A model generated the notes under the pieces. The model was given only the letters and a program-made list of their open reading frames with translations. It did no database searches and was not told the DNA's origin. DNA of 64,000 nucleotides. It comes from Carcharhinus amblyrhynchos (lineage: Eukaryota). Location of the stretch: contig OZ336871.1 in assembly GCA_965287045.1 (NCBI GenBank), positions 127,968,001 through 128,032,000 on the forward strand. The letters run 5' to 3'. Position 1 is the stretch's first letter; each line of letters begins with the position of its first letter. This document shows positions 24,856 through 37,876 of this stretch, one piece after another. A program made the translations under genes and the position numbers.

Positions 24856-25964
24856 TCTTTTGGTCACTACTTAGCTTTCTCTTTTCAACCTGTTCGTGAG
24901 AGATGTAACCTCTGGTATCATCCTTGTGAATCTATTTTTTTGTACCTTCCCCAGTGCCTCCATATCCCTTCTATAAAATAGTGACCAGAACTGCAATGCA
25001 GTATTACAAGTGTGGTCTTTCCAAAATTTGATGCAAGTTTCCGTAACTTATAAAAGTAGAGAAGTTATCTGCTTCTGCTTAACTTGTTTACCATTGCATT
25101 TTCCTGCGGTAATAAACTGTACATTGCCCATTTTCTTAAAACCATGTGTCAATTGACTTAAAAAAATAGAATTGCTTAATGGTTTTGGGAAGTGATATAG
25201 GCTCTGTTTTGAACTAGGGCAAAGCGTTAGAATGACAGGTTAACAGGCAGTTAAATTTGTTCATATTCATTCCATGAATAATTCTTAAGTAACCAGTGAA
25301 CATGATTTTGGTAATGCTGTTAATGGGACTGAACATTTTTATTGAACTTTGAACATGTTACTAGCATCAGTATGTTATTTTTGGTCTTGCCCATGACATT
25401 TCTTTTAGAAATTGAAACTTAATTATGGGGAAAAGATGGGAGCTTTTTTTAATCTGCTAATGAAAGCCTATTCTCAGTAATTTCACATTTCAAAGCTGCG
25501 TGTTCTCCATGATTTCACTCGTGCGTCATTAATTATGGAGTAAAACAGACATTCTCCCATATTTCATTAAAATAATTTCAGCCCTCAGATTATTTGGCTG
25601 CACAAACACTTTTGTCATCCCTAAGAGCCCTGGGACAAACCAAGTGCTTTACAGAGGTTAAATGATGTGAAATTTCCATGTTGATTCAGTAGAAAGCCTT
25701 GTTCTGTCACATTTTCTTTCTTGCTTTATTTTGTTTCCAAACTCCAAAAATAATAGATTGAATTAAAGATTTATTGAAACCATTGTTAAATGAAGACTTT
25801 GTGTAGTGCAAGATTAATTTGGCAAGATATGGAATGGAAAATGACACATTTAGAAAGTTGTAATTGGGAATTATTTTTTAACTTTAATCTTAATCATGTC
25901 ATGCGTTGAGGTATTGTACCAGTTGGGTAATACTGTACATTTGTCTTGTGGCTCTGGGGAAATG

Positions 25965-26708
25965 TAGATCTAGTGATATTATCGCTAGACTATTAATGCA
26001 AGAACTCAGCTAATGTTCTGGGGATCTAAGTTGGAATCCCAGTACGGCAGATGGTGGAATTTGAATTCAATAAAAAATATCTGGAATTAAGAATCTACTG
26101 ATGACCACACAACCATTGTCGATTGTTGGAAAAACCCAGTTGGTTCACTAATGTCCTGATAGTGGCCAGGTCTAATGACCTGATAGATGTCTACAAGGCC
26201 ATGAGTTGCATGGACAGAGTGGATAGTCAGATGCCCTTTCCTAGGGTAGAATGGTCAAGTATTAGGGGACATATTTTTAAGGTGTGTGGGGAAAAGTTTA
26301 GAGGAGGTGTGTGAGGCATGTTTTTTACAGGGAGGGTGGTAAATGTCTGGAACTCACTGCCTGGGGAGCTGGTGGGAGCAGGTACGATAGTGGCATTTAA
26401 GGGGCAACTAGATGAATACATGAATAGGATGGCAATGGAATGATACGAACACAGTAAGTGGATATGGTTTTAGTTTAAGCAGGCATCATGATCAACATGG
26501 GCTTGGAGGGTTGAAGGGCCTGTTTCTGTGCTGTACTTTTTTGTTGTTTGTCCTTTAGGGAAGGAAATCTGCCATCCTTACTTGGTCTAGTCTGGCCTAC
26601 ATGTGACTCCAGAGCCACAGCAATGTGGTTGACTCTCAATTGCCTGCTGAATAAGGGTAACTAGGGATGGCCAGACAGCGATGGCTATGTCCCGTGAATG
26701 AATAAAAA
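25965..26708 (+). mobile_element. Non-HE1 SINE interrupted by a CR1 3' fragment (~26160-26550)
   Basis: The SINE core GGTTCACTAATGTCC|TTTAGGGAAGGAAATCTGCC is split, with TGTCCT repeated on both sides of the insert. Confidence 0.75.
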
Positions 26709-27554
26709 CAAATGGCAAATTATAATACATTGCCAGCTTAAGAGTAATAAACCATGCATAGAAGTGAAGACTAGCTAAGTCACATGGAGAGATAAATGGT
26801 CTATTTTGTTGAAGAATGCAACATAAATGTAGATGTCACTAGGGAGCAGTTGTCTGAAAATGCGGCAGCTAACTTTTAGAAATGATTCCTGACTTACTGT
26901 GCAGCTGGTTAGAATCTGTCCTTTGGGAATTCTCTATTCGTATAGAGTGGGCAAGTGAATGCCTGTTATGCTTCAGTAATTTGGCGGTGGTGGGGGGGGG
27001 GAGTTGCGGGCGGAGGTGGTGGTTGAAAATACGGAAAAACAACACTGTGTATGCCAAGTACTATTTGCATCTACAGAATTTTAATAACACAATAAACATG
27101 GAAGCTTTTGGTGCTGAGTATTTGCACACCAATGGTGCAGTTGCCTTTGGGGTAAGTGATCTTTTATTTCAACTCGTATTACTGAGGGGAGGGATGATCC
27201 AGTGGAATTAATCTTTTAATTGTGCTTTGAATGCGAGGACGTTGGAGTGGAAAGGTGAAAATGATTACTGCTGCCACTGAAGGTGGGCCTGTATATATCT
27301 CAAAAAAGAATAGGATGAATTTCAATGAAAACTTTGGTATGCAGACAAGATCTGGCCCAGGGCAGAACTGGTGGACTTTTGACAAAGATGCTGAACCGAT
27401 CTAGATCCTGGAATTTGTTTTTAAAGGATGCATTAGCATTGAGAGAGAAAGAGAGCAAATTGACTTTTTTAGAATGTTGTGGCTTTATTTAGAAAGGTGT
27501 TGATTGTCTCAGTTGCTGTGATGGAATTTGTCCCTAGCCATATACATATTGTGG

Positions 27555-28035
27555 CTACCAGAGCAGGTTAGGAGTTGGGAATCCTGCAATGAGTAACTCG
27601 CCTCCTGACTTCCAAATGCCTGTCCACCATCTACAAGGCAAAAGTCAGGAATGTGATGGCATACTTTCCACTTGCCTGGATAAGTGCAGCTCCAAAGACA
27701 CTCAAGAAGCTCAATGCTATCCAGGACAAAGCATCACATTTATTTGTTACCCATTTCTTAAATATTCATTCCCTCCACCATTGACATTCACCCCCTCCAT
27801 TACCGATGAATAGTGGCAGCAATGCGCGTCATCTATAAGGTGCTCAGCAAGACTCACCAAGGCTGCTTAGACAGCATCTTCAGAACCCACGAATGCTACC
27901 ATCTTGAAGGACGCGAGGAAGAGACACGTGGGAGCACCATCACCTGAAAAATATATTGCTGTTCCTTCGCAGTCACTAAGTGAAAATCTTGGAACTCCCT
28001 CCCTAACAGCACTATGGATGTGGGCAATAAATACT
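27555..28035 (+). mobile_element. Degraded LINE of a second CR1/L2-group family, ORF2 C-terminus
   Basis: Reads like AG.LGIL..V..LLT..CLSTIYKA.VRNVM...PLAW with frameshifts; tail TGGGCAATAAATACTG. Confidence 0.65.
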
Positions 28036-28444
28036 GAAGGCAGAGTTGATGGTCCAAAGATGTTGCATGCCATTTTAATACAAGCTGAATCACAATAGTC
28101 TGCAGTTTCAGACTTGCTGTAATTGGGACCTACTATGGTGTATGATTTCAAATGAATTCTACTAATTTGATAAGTGCTATTTTTGCTTGTTAAATTTTGA
28201 CGCCCTTTGGAGCAGCTGATTATTCCACAGTTTTGCAATTACATGGCTCCTGATAAATGTTGTTTCTGGGTCAGAAATTTCTGCACAATTTTGACCAGTT
28301 AATTTTAAAATTCACACCAAAAACATACCTAAAGATGCTACTTCATTTTTGGAAAAAAATCCTTCAACTTAAAAATGAATGGTAAAATAGTGAGAAAGCT
28401 ACAGTTTTACTTAACAAATTGACACTGTGTTGAGAAGATTGTGT

Positions 28445-28980
28445 TTTTCTTCGACCTTCGTGAGATGTGGGTATCCTTGGCATGGCCAGAATTTGTGAAG
28501 GTGATGATGAGTTGTCACCTTGAACCACTGCAATCCATGTAGTGTAGGTACATCACCAATGCTGTTGGGGTGGGGGAGAGGGGACTCTAGCATTCTGGTG
28601 ATATCGAAGAATATGGTGATACATTTTCAAATCTGGATGGTGTGTGACTGGAAGAGAACATGTAGGTGGTGGCCTTCCCAAGCGCATACTGCTTTCTTTA
28701 GGTGGTAGAGGTTACAGGTTTGGAAGGTATTGCCAAAGAAGCCGTGGCAAGTTGCTGCACCGTATCTTCTAGTGGTACACACTGCTGCCATTGTGCGTTG
28801 ACGATGGAGGGATGAATGTTTAAGGTGGTATCACGCATACAGCTTTATCCTGGATAGTACAGAGCTTCTTGAATGTTGTTGGACCTGTGCTTGTGCAGGA
28901 TATTCCATCACATTCCTGACTTGAACTTGTAGATGTTAGAAAGGAATTAAGGTGAGCTGAGAATACGTGGCCTCTGACGC
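28445..28980 (-). mobile_element. Same second LINE family, degraded
   Basis: Homologous in reverse to 27555-28035 and 52228-52850. Confidence 0.6.
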
Positions 28981-28984
28981 GCGT

Positions 28985-29320
28985 TTTTAAAAATCATTGG
29001 ATGCGAGCCAGCATTTATTTCCATTCCCTATTTGTCCTTGAACTGAGTGGCTATTTCAGAGGGCATTTAAGAGTCAAGCACATCACCATTAATCTGGAAT
29101 CTCATGTTAGCCAGACCAGTTAGGGATGGCAGATTTCCTTTCCAGATGACGTTCATGGCAATTGACAATGGTTCTGTAGTTGTCATTCGATTTTTTTTTT
29201 GTTAATGAATTCAAACTTCACCATCTTCCACGTTAGGATTCCAACCCGGGTCCCAGAACATTACCTTGGGATTCTGGATTGCTAGGCTGGTGAAAATACC
29301 ACTATATCACCGTCTCCTAT
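28985..29320 (-). mobile_element. Non-HE1 SINE copy
   Basis: GGCAGATTTCCTT core, GAATTCAAA motif and tRNA-like end. Confidence 0.6.
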
Positions 29321-30207
29321 AGTTTTGTGCATCACAATTTTTATGTGATTAGCCCAGTTAAGTTTCTGGCCTGCTGGGGGGCAATGTACACAGAACAACA
29401 ATGAATATATTACATTGTTGATGTGAAACCTCAGTCTCCCTGCAGTCAGAATGAAATGATGGCACTTTCATTGCCAGAAGGGTAGCAATGTCATATAAAT
29501 AGGGTGCAATGCAATTCACGAACATACAAGCAAGTAAGGCAGGAAATCAAACCTGTCTAATCCAGATATTGGACAGACCTGTACATTCCTCTTGCTCCAC
29601 TTCTTATGCTGGATATCCTACATTACGTTGAAAGTTGTCTGCTGTATATCCTCCATGTGTAAGTTTCTGCACGCATACCGTTATTTTAAAGGTACAAATG
29701 GTGGTTATTACTGGACCCACTAGAGTGGTTGGAGAAAAACTAAACAATCCAAGAATGCCAAAACTCATTGCTGTCCTGGCTGGAGATACAGTGTGGCTTC
29801 AGTGCTCAGCTGAACAGAAGACTCTTCCTACAATAAAGAGCTTCTTTGCTATTGTTGGAGGTGATGCCTTATTTTCTTTGCAAGTTTGCTTTGGTAAATT
29901 GGCAGTGTAATTGTGTTGTGAGTGAACTAATTTCTCCTCAATGCTCTGTAAATGTCCCTGCCCTAGGCAGTGTGTAGGCATTTATTTGGATTGTATTTGT
30001 ATATCTTTTTTCGTATCATTTATAATTATATTTTGTTTTTGAAATTAAATCTGAAGTATAAATTGTGTATTGATCTTAATTTCTGAAAAACAAGGAAATA
30101 TGATCTAATTTCATTTAAAGTTGGCTACATACTCGGCAATTAATCTGGGGGCTCAAGTAATGATAAAAATACTTGAAAAGACGACACCTCCCAAGCCTGT
30201 GACCAAG

Positions 30208-30540
30208 AGTGGTTAGCAGTGCTGCCCCACGGCCTCAGGGATCCTGGTTCAATTTCGGTCTTGGGTGATTGTGTGAAGTTTGCACGTTCTCCCTGTGTCC
30301 GCATGGGATTCCTCCAGGTGCTCCGGTTCCCTCCTACAATCCAAAGATGTGCATGTTAGGTGGATTGGCCATGCTAAGTTGCCCCTTGGTGTCCAGAGGT
30401 GTGTAGATTAGGTGGATTAACTATGGTAAGTGCACAGAGTTACTGGGGTGGGGGTAGTAGGCCTGAGTAAGGTGATCTTTTGAAGAATATGTGCAGACTT
30501 GATGGGCTGAACGGCCTCCTCCTGCACTGTAGGATTCCAC
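30208..30540 (+). mobile_element. HE1 V-SINE, older copy
   Basis: Head, V-domain and CTGCACTGTAGGATTC tail. Confidence 0.85.
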
Positions 30541-30993
30541 AGGATAACCTAGAAAGACAATTTAGCAGATGTGTAAGAACACCACCACCTCCAAGTTTCC
30601 ATCTGAGCCTCTCAGTGTCCTGACTAGGAAATATATCACCATTCCTGGATCAAAATTCTGGAACACCCTTCTTTAACGTTGGGTCCACCTTCACCTCATG
30701 GGCTCTGGCTGTTCAAGAAAAAGGCCCATCTACACTTTTCCAAGAGTGCACTAGAGATCTGCAATAAATTTGAGCATTGCTTGTGATTGCCATTTCCTGA
30801 GAACAAATTTTAAAAAAGCAGGTTGGGGCGTAGAACTCACACGTCCATAGTGACAGTAATATATGAGACCCCTGGGGCAATCAAATCTTCTGCTTTCTCT
30901 CTTTGATAGTTAACAGTGTACTCACTTGAATGTCAAGCTAAGTTTAACTGGCAGGTACTGGACAAGAAATCCAGATGGCATGAGTTCAATTTA

Positions 30994-31130
30994 ACTCTGA
31001 TGAAGAGTCACCCAGAATTGCAACATTAGCTCTATTCTCTCCCCCTAGATGCTGTCAGACCAGCTGAGATTTTCCAGCATTTTCCATTTTGGGTTTCAGA
31101 TTCCAGCATCCACAGTAATTTGCTTTTATA
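30994..31130 (+). mobile_element. Penelope-like terminal repeat of a different family, degenerate
   Basis: CTGATGAAGAGTCA...GATGCTGTCAGACCAGCTGAG...TTCAGATTCCAGCATC; a related reverse copy lies at ~59955-60055. Confidence 0.5.
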
Positions 31131-31159
31131 ATGGTCAACAATCTTAAATTGTTTTGTCA

Positions 31160-31640
31160 GCATAGCAGTTTCGCCGTAGCAACATGAGTGGTATTCACCA
31201 CTAACAGGATGTTGTCATCAGGTCTAAAAAACATTCTGCCTGCCACACAAATGACTAAGGTAGTATATGAATTTCAGTGCCAGTATGATGCTAGGTATTT
31301 AGTCTGTGCATCTCAATGACTAGTGGATTGTATCAAACAGCATGCCCTGGCTGCTGTTTGCAGTGGGCAAGGTACAGACCACATCCAGCCAGCCCATACT
31401 TTCAGAACTCAAAACAATGTCCAACATTAGATGTTATTCTGCAGTTGGACAACATTTGTTGAAAGCTTCTACCAATCGGAGACCAATTACCAACCAATCA
31501 GCACTCTCTTCTCCTACAATATAAAGTTATTGTTTCTCCTGACATTGGTGTTATTGTGATTGCCCTGAAGAATACAAGATGAAAAGCTTTGACAAAATGT
31601 CAATTTTCAGCATTACTCAGGTCTGTACTGCCAAACGGCT
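31160..31640 (+). mobile_element. Penelope-like element remnant: GIY-YIG endonuclease pseudogene plus terminal repeat
   Basis: From 31251 it translates as MTKVVYEFQCQYDARYLVCASQ*LVDCIKQH, then SAVGQHLL. This fits the PLE GIY-YIG pattern VVY..C.C...YVG.T...L..R..H. Confidence 0.72.
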
Positions 31641-32431
31641 AATTATGATAAAATTGATTATTCTGACTGGTTTGACAGCTGAGAATGATGTTTGCAATAC
31701 CATTGTGCATATTGTTTAAGAATTCAGAATAATGTTCCAGTGTGGTACTACATGTCACGCAAAGCTATTTCTAAAACCTCATAATTATCCAGGCTGTGAA
31801 ATTTTCCCTTTTGTTTGCTGTTGCCCACAATCAGCTGTTCCTGCGCCAAAGTCAACTTTCATGCACAAATTCTCCACTGTGGAGAAGAGCAACTAGAGGC
31901 CATCAGCACGCGGTAATCACCAAGTTAAATAGAGTTCAGGAGGGACGTCTTTACCCACAAAGTGACGAGAATTTGGAACTCGCTAACACAGGAAGTAATT
32001 GAGTTAAATAGCATTGAAGCACTTAAGGAAGAGGCAAGATAGATTTTTGAGAGCAGGCAATAGTGGGTTGTGCTGGTAGTTATTTGAGAGAGGACAGGAC
32101 AAGGATTAGGTGGAATATAAATTCTGGAATGGTCCAGTTAGGCTGAATGGCCTATTTCTGTATTCTTGTTACGTTTTCTGTGCAATTCTATGTATAATAT
32201 GCTCTTAGCGAGAAGCATTTATACATCTGTATATTCAAATATACACACAATAGATTTAGTTTCACATTGTTACAGGCTATTTAGTTTCAATGGCTACGAT
32301 TTGCATGTTTATCATTTACGTACAGATATAAAACAGTACCTGTGTTTCTGCACAACCTCGAGGGTAAATGGGTTGCTGCTGCATGTAGATCTTGTGACCA
32401 AGACTATGGATTTGGTGGGTGATATGCATAT

Positions 32432-32730
32432 AAAGTTTAAGTTTGAAGTTTATTTTATCGGTGTCACAAGTAGGCTTACGTCAACACTGCAATGAAGTTC
32501 TTGTGAAAATCCCCTAGTCACCACACTCCGGCACCTGCTCAGGTACGCTCATGGGAGAATTCAGCATGGCCACTGTACCTAACCAGCACATCTTTCAGAC
32601 TGTGGGAGGAAACCGGAGCACCCAGAGGAAACCCGTGCAGACTCCGCATAGTGACCCAAACGGGGAATTGAAACTGGATCCCTGAAGCTGCAAAGCAGCA
32701 GTGCTAACCACTGTGCCACTACGCCGCTCC
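32432..32730 (-). mobile_element. HE1-headed SINE, alternative 3' tail
   Basis: HE1 head followed, on the minus strand, by ...GTAAGCCTACTTGTGACACCGATAAAATAAACTT. Confidence 0.8.
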
Positions 32731-34483
32731 ATATCTGTACTTATTTGGGATAATCCTTGCTGCTAACTGTGTATTTGGATTTTTTTTCACCTCATCTTGA
32801 CTGAGTGTGATGTCAATGGATGAGCAGTCTTGCCAACCTGAGGGTGATGTATTTGGCTTCAAATTAGGATTTTCCTGCATGAAATAATGGAACCTTTATC
32901 TCAAATCTTTTTTACAATAGCAATTGACAGTATTTTGATTTTTCTTTTTATATGCATAAAATATGGCCCCACAAAGAAGCATTCAATCAAAATTAATGGT
33001 GTGGTCACTATGCATTGCTTGAAAAGCTATTTTTAAAGATATATTTCAAACATTTTATTACAATATAATAATGAACGTTGTGTATAGTTTGACGCATATT
33101 GCTGCAGAGATTTTTGAATTGCTCTTCTTGCAATGATGTTTATAAGCTTCCAGCAACCTCTGCTGGTTCGCTTTCTTATCTTCACAGTTACCTGTCTTTA
33201 AATTGCACCTTGGCTTTTGTTGCTTGCCTTTTTTTAAATTATATGAGTCAGGCCTGCATTTACTGCGAGATTTCTTGGTCTGGCCAGAGTAGTCAGAAGC
33301 GCTTGGATCTCAATTGCAAATAATTGTGGCAGAAAGAATTGCATACTATCACTGCATATCCATAAATTCTCTATGTTGCTGAATCAGATTGTGAAGTTGT
33401 TTTCATTAAATTGTGAAGTGTTTCTAAAGTTTTGTGTCAGACTGACACTCTTCTTCCTTTTTATCTCGAATTAAGACCAACAGATTTACCCTCCCTTCCC
33501 AATTTTGAGTCATTCCTCTTCAGCTCTTTTTCCCTCCCATGTGCTGTCATCTTGATTCATCTTTCACATCTGACTTTGACTTGATTTTGCTGTTACTGCA
33601 ACGGTTTGAACTGCCTTAGTGTCTGCTGTGGCTGCCTCCACCCGCCCGCGCACCCCCCCCCCCCCCCCACTATGGGATTAAATGCACCATTTACAGAAAT
33701 GGATCCGGTTGCTTCCTCGACTATTTCATCTACAGATCCATTGTTCATTTCATGTTGTTATCTATATGTATGCAGCCTATCTATCTCCACTTCAATAGAG
33801 CCGGAGTGGACTTGAGGTTACCACTGCCAATACACAATTAAAGTGTTCTCCTCTGCAGCCAGACTGTGGAAAGTTGGACCAAACTCATCTAAAGTAGGAA
33901 AACAATAGCTAGCACCACTTAGTATTCCCGGTTTAAAATAGAATTTTAAGTTCAATAATGGTATGCTGTCATCTACTCAAACTGGAACATAGGTCTCCGC
34001 CAGTCTGTGAATCTTGTTTCCCTGGAGATACCTAACTCAAACCACATACGTTTTGAATTGCATTCTACCCTTAAATTAGAAACTCTCCAAGACCAGCTGC
34101 AAAGTTGTTTGCAAGAAATAGTATGATCTCAGCCATGGCTGAACCCTCGCCGAGTAGCTGAAGAATGCAGAAAGGATTGAAGGACATTGCTCAGAGTCTT
34201 CACAAAGAATAGCATCAGTGCCATTTGAGACTTGTTTGGAGCAGGTGAAAATGCTGAATGATGAATAAAGCAATTGTTCAACATTGCTGCAAGTGTGAAG
34301 AATCAGAGATTGTGACATTGCCAATGTTATGTGGTTCATTTATCTACAAATGCTGGATCCTCATGGTGTTTCTCCCATTGAAATTCGTCATAGTTTGGCT
34401 ACTTGCAGTTGGATAAGTTCATTATGTAAATTAGTAAGGGCATGGTATTTTTGTGGCCTCATCAGGTTTTCAAATGTTCTCTG

Positions 34484-34786
34484 GCGGCCCAGTGGCACAG
34501 TGGTTAGCAGTGCTGCCTTGTAGCGCCAGGGACCTGTGTTCGATTCTTGGCTTGGGTCACTGTCTGTGTGGAGTCTGCACATTCTCCCATGTGTGCGTGG
34601 ATTTCCTATTGGTCCTCCGGTTTCCTCCCACAGTCCGAAAGATATGCTGGTTGGGTGTATTGGCCATGCTAAATTCTCCCTCAATTTACCCAAACAGGTG
34701 TTGGTGTGTGGCGACTAGGGGATTTTCACAGCAACTACGTTGCAAAGTTGTTAGCCTACTTGTGACACTAATAGATAAACTTTAAA
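34484..34786 (+). mobile_element. HE1-headed SINE, alternative 3' tail
   Basis: HE1 head and V-domain, then GGCGACTAGGGGATTTTCACAG...GCCTACTTGTGACACTAATAGATAAACTTT. Confidence 0.82.
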
Positions 34787-34979
34787 AAATTGACTGCGTA
34801 GTGACACAGAAGCCACAGGTATTTAAGCTTGTCATTTCCAATGCCATAAAGAGAAGTAGAAATGCTTTACCGGTTGTGAGAACTACTTAAAAAGACACAG
34901 AATAATCTTGTGATGGAAGTCATCTTGAATTCCGTAGAAAGCAATGTAACAGGGTTAACAAATCTAGATTGAAAAGGTC

Positions 34980-35182
34980 TAGTCACCACAGTCCCAGGTG
35001 ATCATAGGTTGCTGTCATCTGTGAGGGGGAAGAGTTGACTGGTGGTGATTTAATCTGAGGAACACCACACCTCAGGCAAGCTTAAGAAGGCAGTGCCTTC
35101 ATAAATAATCTCAGCTGGACATGCTGTTCGCATCACTCTGCATTACGAACCAGCTGCCCAGAAACTGAGCTAACTGACTCCC
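34980..35182 (-). mobile_element. tRNA-derived SINE, third family
   Basis: The minus strand starts with an A-box-like GTTAGCTCAGTT and contains the core CCTGAGGTGTGGTGTTCCTCAGATTAAATCACCACCAGTC. Confidence 0.5.
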
Positions 35183-35199
35183 TGATTAGCAAATTTACC

Positions 35200-35595
35200 G
35201 TAACAGCCTACATTTATATAGCACCTTTTAACGCAATGAAACGTTCCAAGGTGCTTCACCAGATAATTATAAAACAAAACATGACACTGAGCCACCTATG
35301 GAGATGTTAGTTCAGGTGACCAAAAACTTGGTTGATGAGGAATGTTTTGAGGGGCATCTAAAAGGAGGAAAGCGGCATATGGAAGTGTAGGAAAGAAATT
35401 CCACAGCCAGAGACCCAGACAATTGAAGGCACGGGAGCAATTACTGTTGGGAAATGTGTAAGTGGCCAGAATTAGAGGCGCACAGATAGCTTGGAGGATT
35501 GTCGGGCTGGAGGAGCTTACAAAAATGGAAGGATTTGGGGAAAGGGATCAGAATTTTAATGTCAAGCAGTATAGGTCAGCGTGCACAGGGATTCA
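35200..35595 (-). mobile_element. L2-like LINE 3' fragment
   Basis: Minus-strand tail AAAGGTGCTATATAAATG; similar remnants at 15260-15440 and 46490-46830. Confidence 0.5.
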
Positions 35596-36079
35596 GTTGA
35601 CCATTTTAAAATTTTGCATGCATTATTCTTTATAAATCTCTCTAGTAAAATGCTTGTAATTGTATTGTTCTAACTAAAATGCATAATAATGTAAGCTTTC
35701 CCTTAAATTCTCACTGGGTGGTTTTGTATCTTGAAGACTGAAAAATAAAACGCTACATAATGGGGATCCCATTCTAATGCTCATTGAATTTTGTTGACAA
35801 GCAATTTTAATAGAGTGAAGTCAGCTTATGGTTTGGCTCAAGAATTTTTGACTCCCTTTGATGACTCATGGAGCAGAATGATCTTCTGTATTGTAAATGC
35901 TCAAAATAAACTTTGACTAGACAAACCCTAAATCCAACGTCTTGGAAGATATCCACTGTCAACAGCTGTTAATGCACACATGTAGAAATCTAATTAACCA
36001 GGATCTTTTGATGACTGATGCTATCCAATGAATCTCTGAACCATATTGTACAGGAACGTCCCAAGTTTCTTCATCTGCA

Positions 36080-36794
36080 TTCTGACTTAGTTGACTTCCA
36101 ATCGTCAGGATGCTATGATTGTCCTGGATTGGGCGGGGGTGGGGAAAGTTGGCACAAGCTCCCAAAACTAGTTAGCATCCAGCAATTCCTGCTAGAATGG
36201 ACATAGGCTGGGACCAGAGTTGTACTTGTTTGTGTACTCCCTATAGTCAAAAGGCCTGCTGAAATTCCTTTTTGGTGCTAACATAAAAATAATGGTTATT
36301 GGAAGGGTACCACTTTAATGCAAACGCTTGGCAGGGTGATAAACCTCCACTGACAGAAACCAGGCATGTTGTTCCTAGAGGTTTCAACTGGTTTGATTGG
36401 ACATAAGTGCCTGGATTTTATGCAAGAGTAAAAGTGAGCTATCAGTATCCACTGTTAAGTAGTAAATTGGACTTCTGCCATTCATACACGCATGGTTAAT
36501 ATTTGGGTTAAGGAAGTTTCTTTCACACCACCTTGCACTCATTTTACATGCCATCATCCTGTCTGAAAAATATTAGCTGTGATAATTCCACATGTTCCAT
36601 ACACTCTACCGATATCCACTATTCTTATGTAAGGCAATTTGACCGCAGGGAGCAGAAACAAGAACAATCCTGGTCCTAGCTTATGTCCATCCCAGCAGGA
36701 ATTGCTGGATCTTAACTAACTTGGGGAGCCTTGATTGTTTTTTATTTTTGCCCCCTCGATTATAGCATCCTGATTGAGGTCAACCAAATCAGAA
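36080..36794. repeat. Long imperfect inverted repeat (arms ~36080-36222 and ~36665-36794)
   Basis: ATCCAGCAATTCCTGCTAGAATGGACATAGGCTGGGACCAG pairs with CTGGTCCTAGCTTATGTCCATCCCAGCAGGAATTGCTGGAT; TCAGGATGCTAT pairs with ATAGCATCCTGA. Confidence 0.8.
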
Positions 36795-37067
36795 CTTAAA
36801 AGTGAAAATCAGGAAGTAGTTGTCAGAGATGCATTTCTCCTTCAGAAGTATTGCTCTAGCAATCTCGCGAAGAGACTGTACATTCAAATGCATGAAGGAC
36901 ATGATGTGGCTGTACTTACCTACTTGGTACCCACTAAACACATTGCAAAGAGATGGCAAGAAGATGGCCACAATGAGATCACCTGAGAGGGGAAGGTCAG
37001 GGGAGTGGCTGCATATTGCGAAGCCTATACAGAAAGAGAATTCCAGAATGAAGCAAGAATTAAATAA

Positions 37068-37410
37068 GAACATAATAAGGAATAGAAGCAGGAGTAGGCC
37101 ATTTAGCCCCTCGAGCCTGCTCTGCCATTCAATAAGATCATGGCTGATTTGATAGTGGGTTCAGTTCCACTTACCTGCCCACTCCCCATAACCCTTAATT
37201 CCCTTATTGGTTAAAAATCTATCTATCTGTGACTTAAACACATTTAACAAGGTAGCCTCTACTGTTTCACTGGGCAGAGAATTCCAAAGATTCACTACCT
37301 TCTGGAAGAAGTTGTTCCGCCTCAGCTCTGTTCTAACTTGAGGCTATGCCCCCTAGTTCTTGTTTCCATTGTAAGTGGAAATAACCTCGCTGATTCTACC
37401 CTGTCTCAAG
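37068..37410 (-). mobile_element. CR1 3' end
   Basis: AGAACATAA...AGCAGGAGTAGGCCATT is the reverse complement of the CR1 tail. Confidence 0.85.
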
Positions 37411-37832
37411 GTGAACTTGGAGGAGAGAAAATGATGGAGTTTGAAATCACCAAAGATGAGAAGTTCCTCAGGATGGTGACTGAGGGAGGAATGAAATGAA
37501 GATGTCTAGGCACAAAAATCTTGTCATGGGTGGGTGCATTTTAAGTGCAGAGAGAGTTGTGGAACAAGGTATAATGCTCAAGGGAGACAAAAATGCCAGA
37601 AGTAGGGTTTTACTTTTGCTTTCCGTAATGAAATTTGGCATTGAATGAAGTATTCTAACTGACGTCAATTTTACACTGTGGACTGAAATGTTTGCAGAGT
37701 TAATGCTTTGGACTTCACGTCGACTATGTTGATTCACCTGGAGCAATTGAGCAGGTAACCCATACTGTGCAGGCCATGCAGGTTTCTGCAATGACATCAA
37801 TGCATGGGCTGTGCAGGTAATGACTGGTAGCA

Positions 37833-37834
<2 letters not shown>

Positions 37835-37873
<39 letters not shown>
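37835..37873. repeat. (AC)n microsatellite
   Basis: Uninterrupted AC run of ~19 units. Confidence 0.97.
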
Positions 37874-37876
<3 letters not shown>

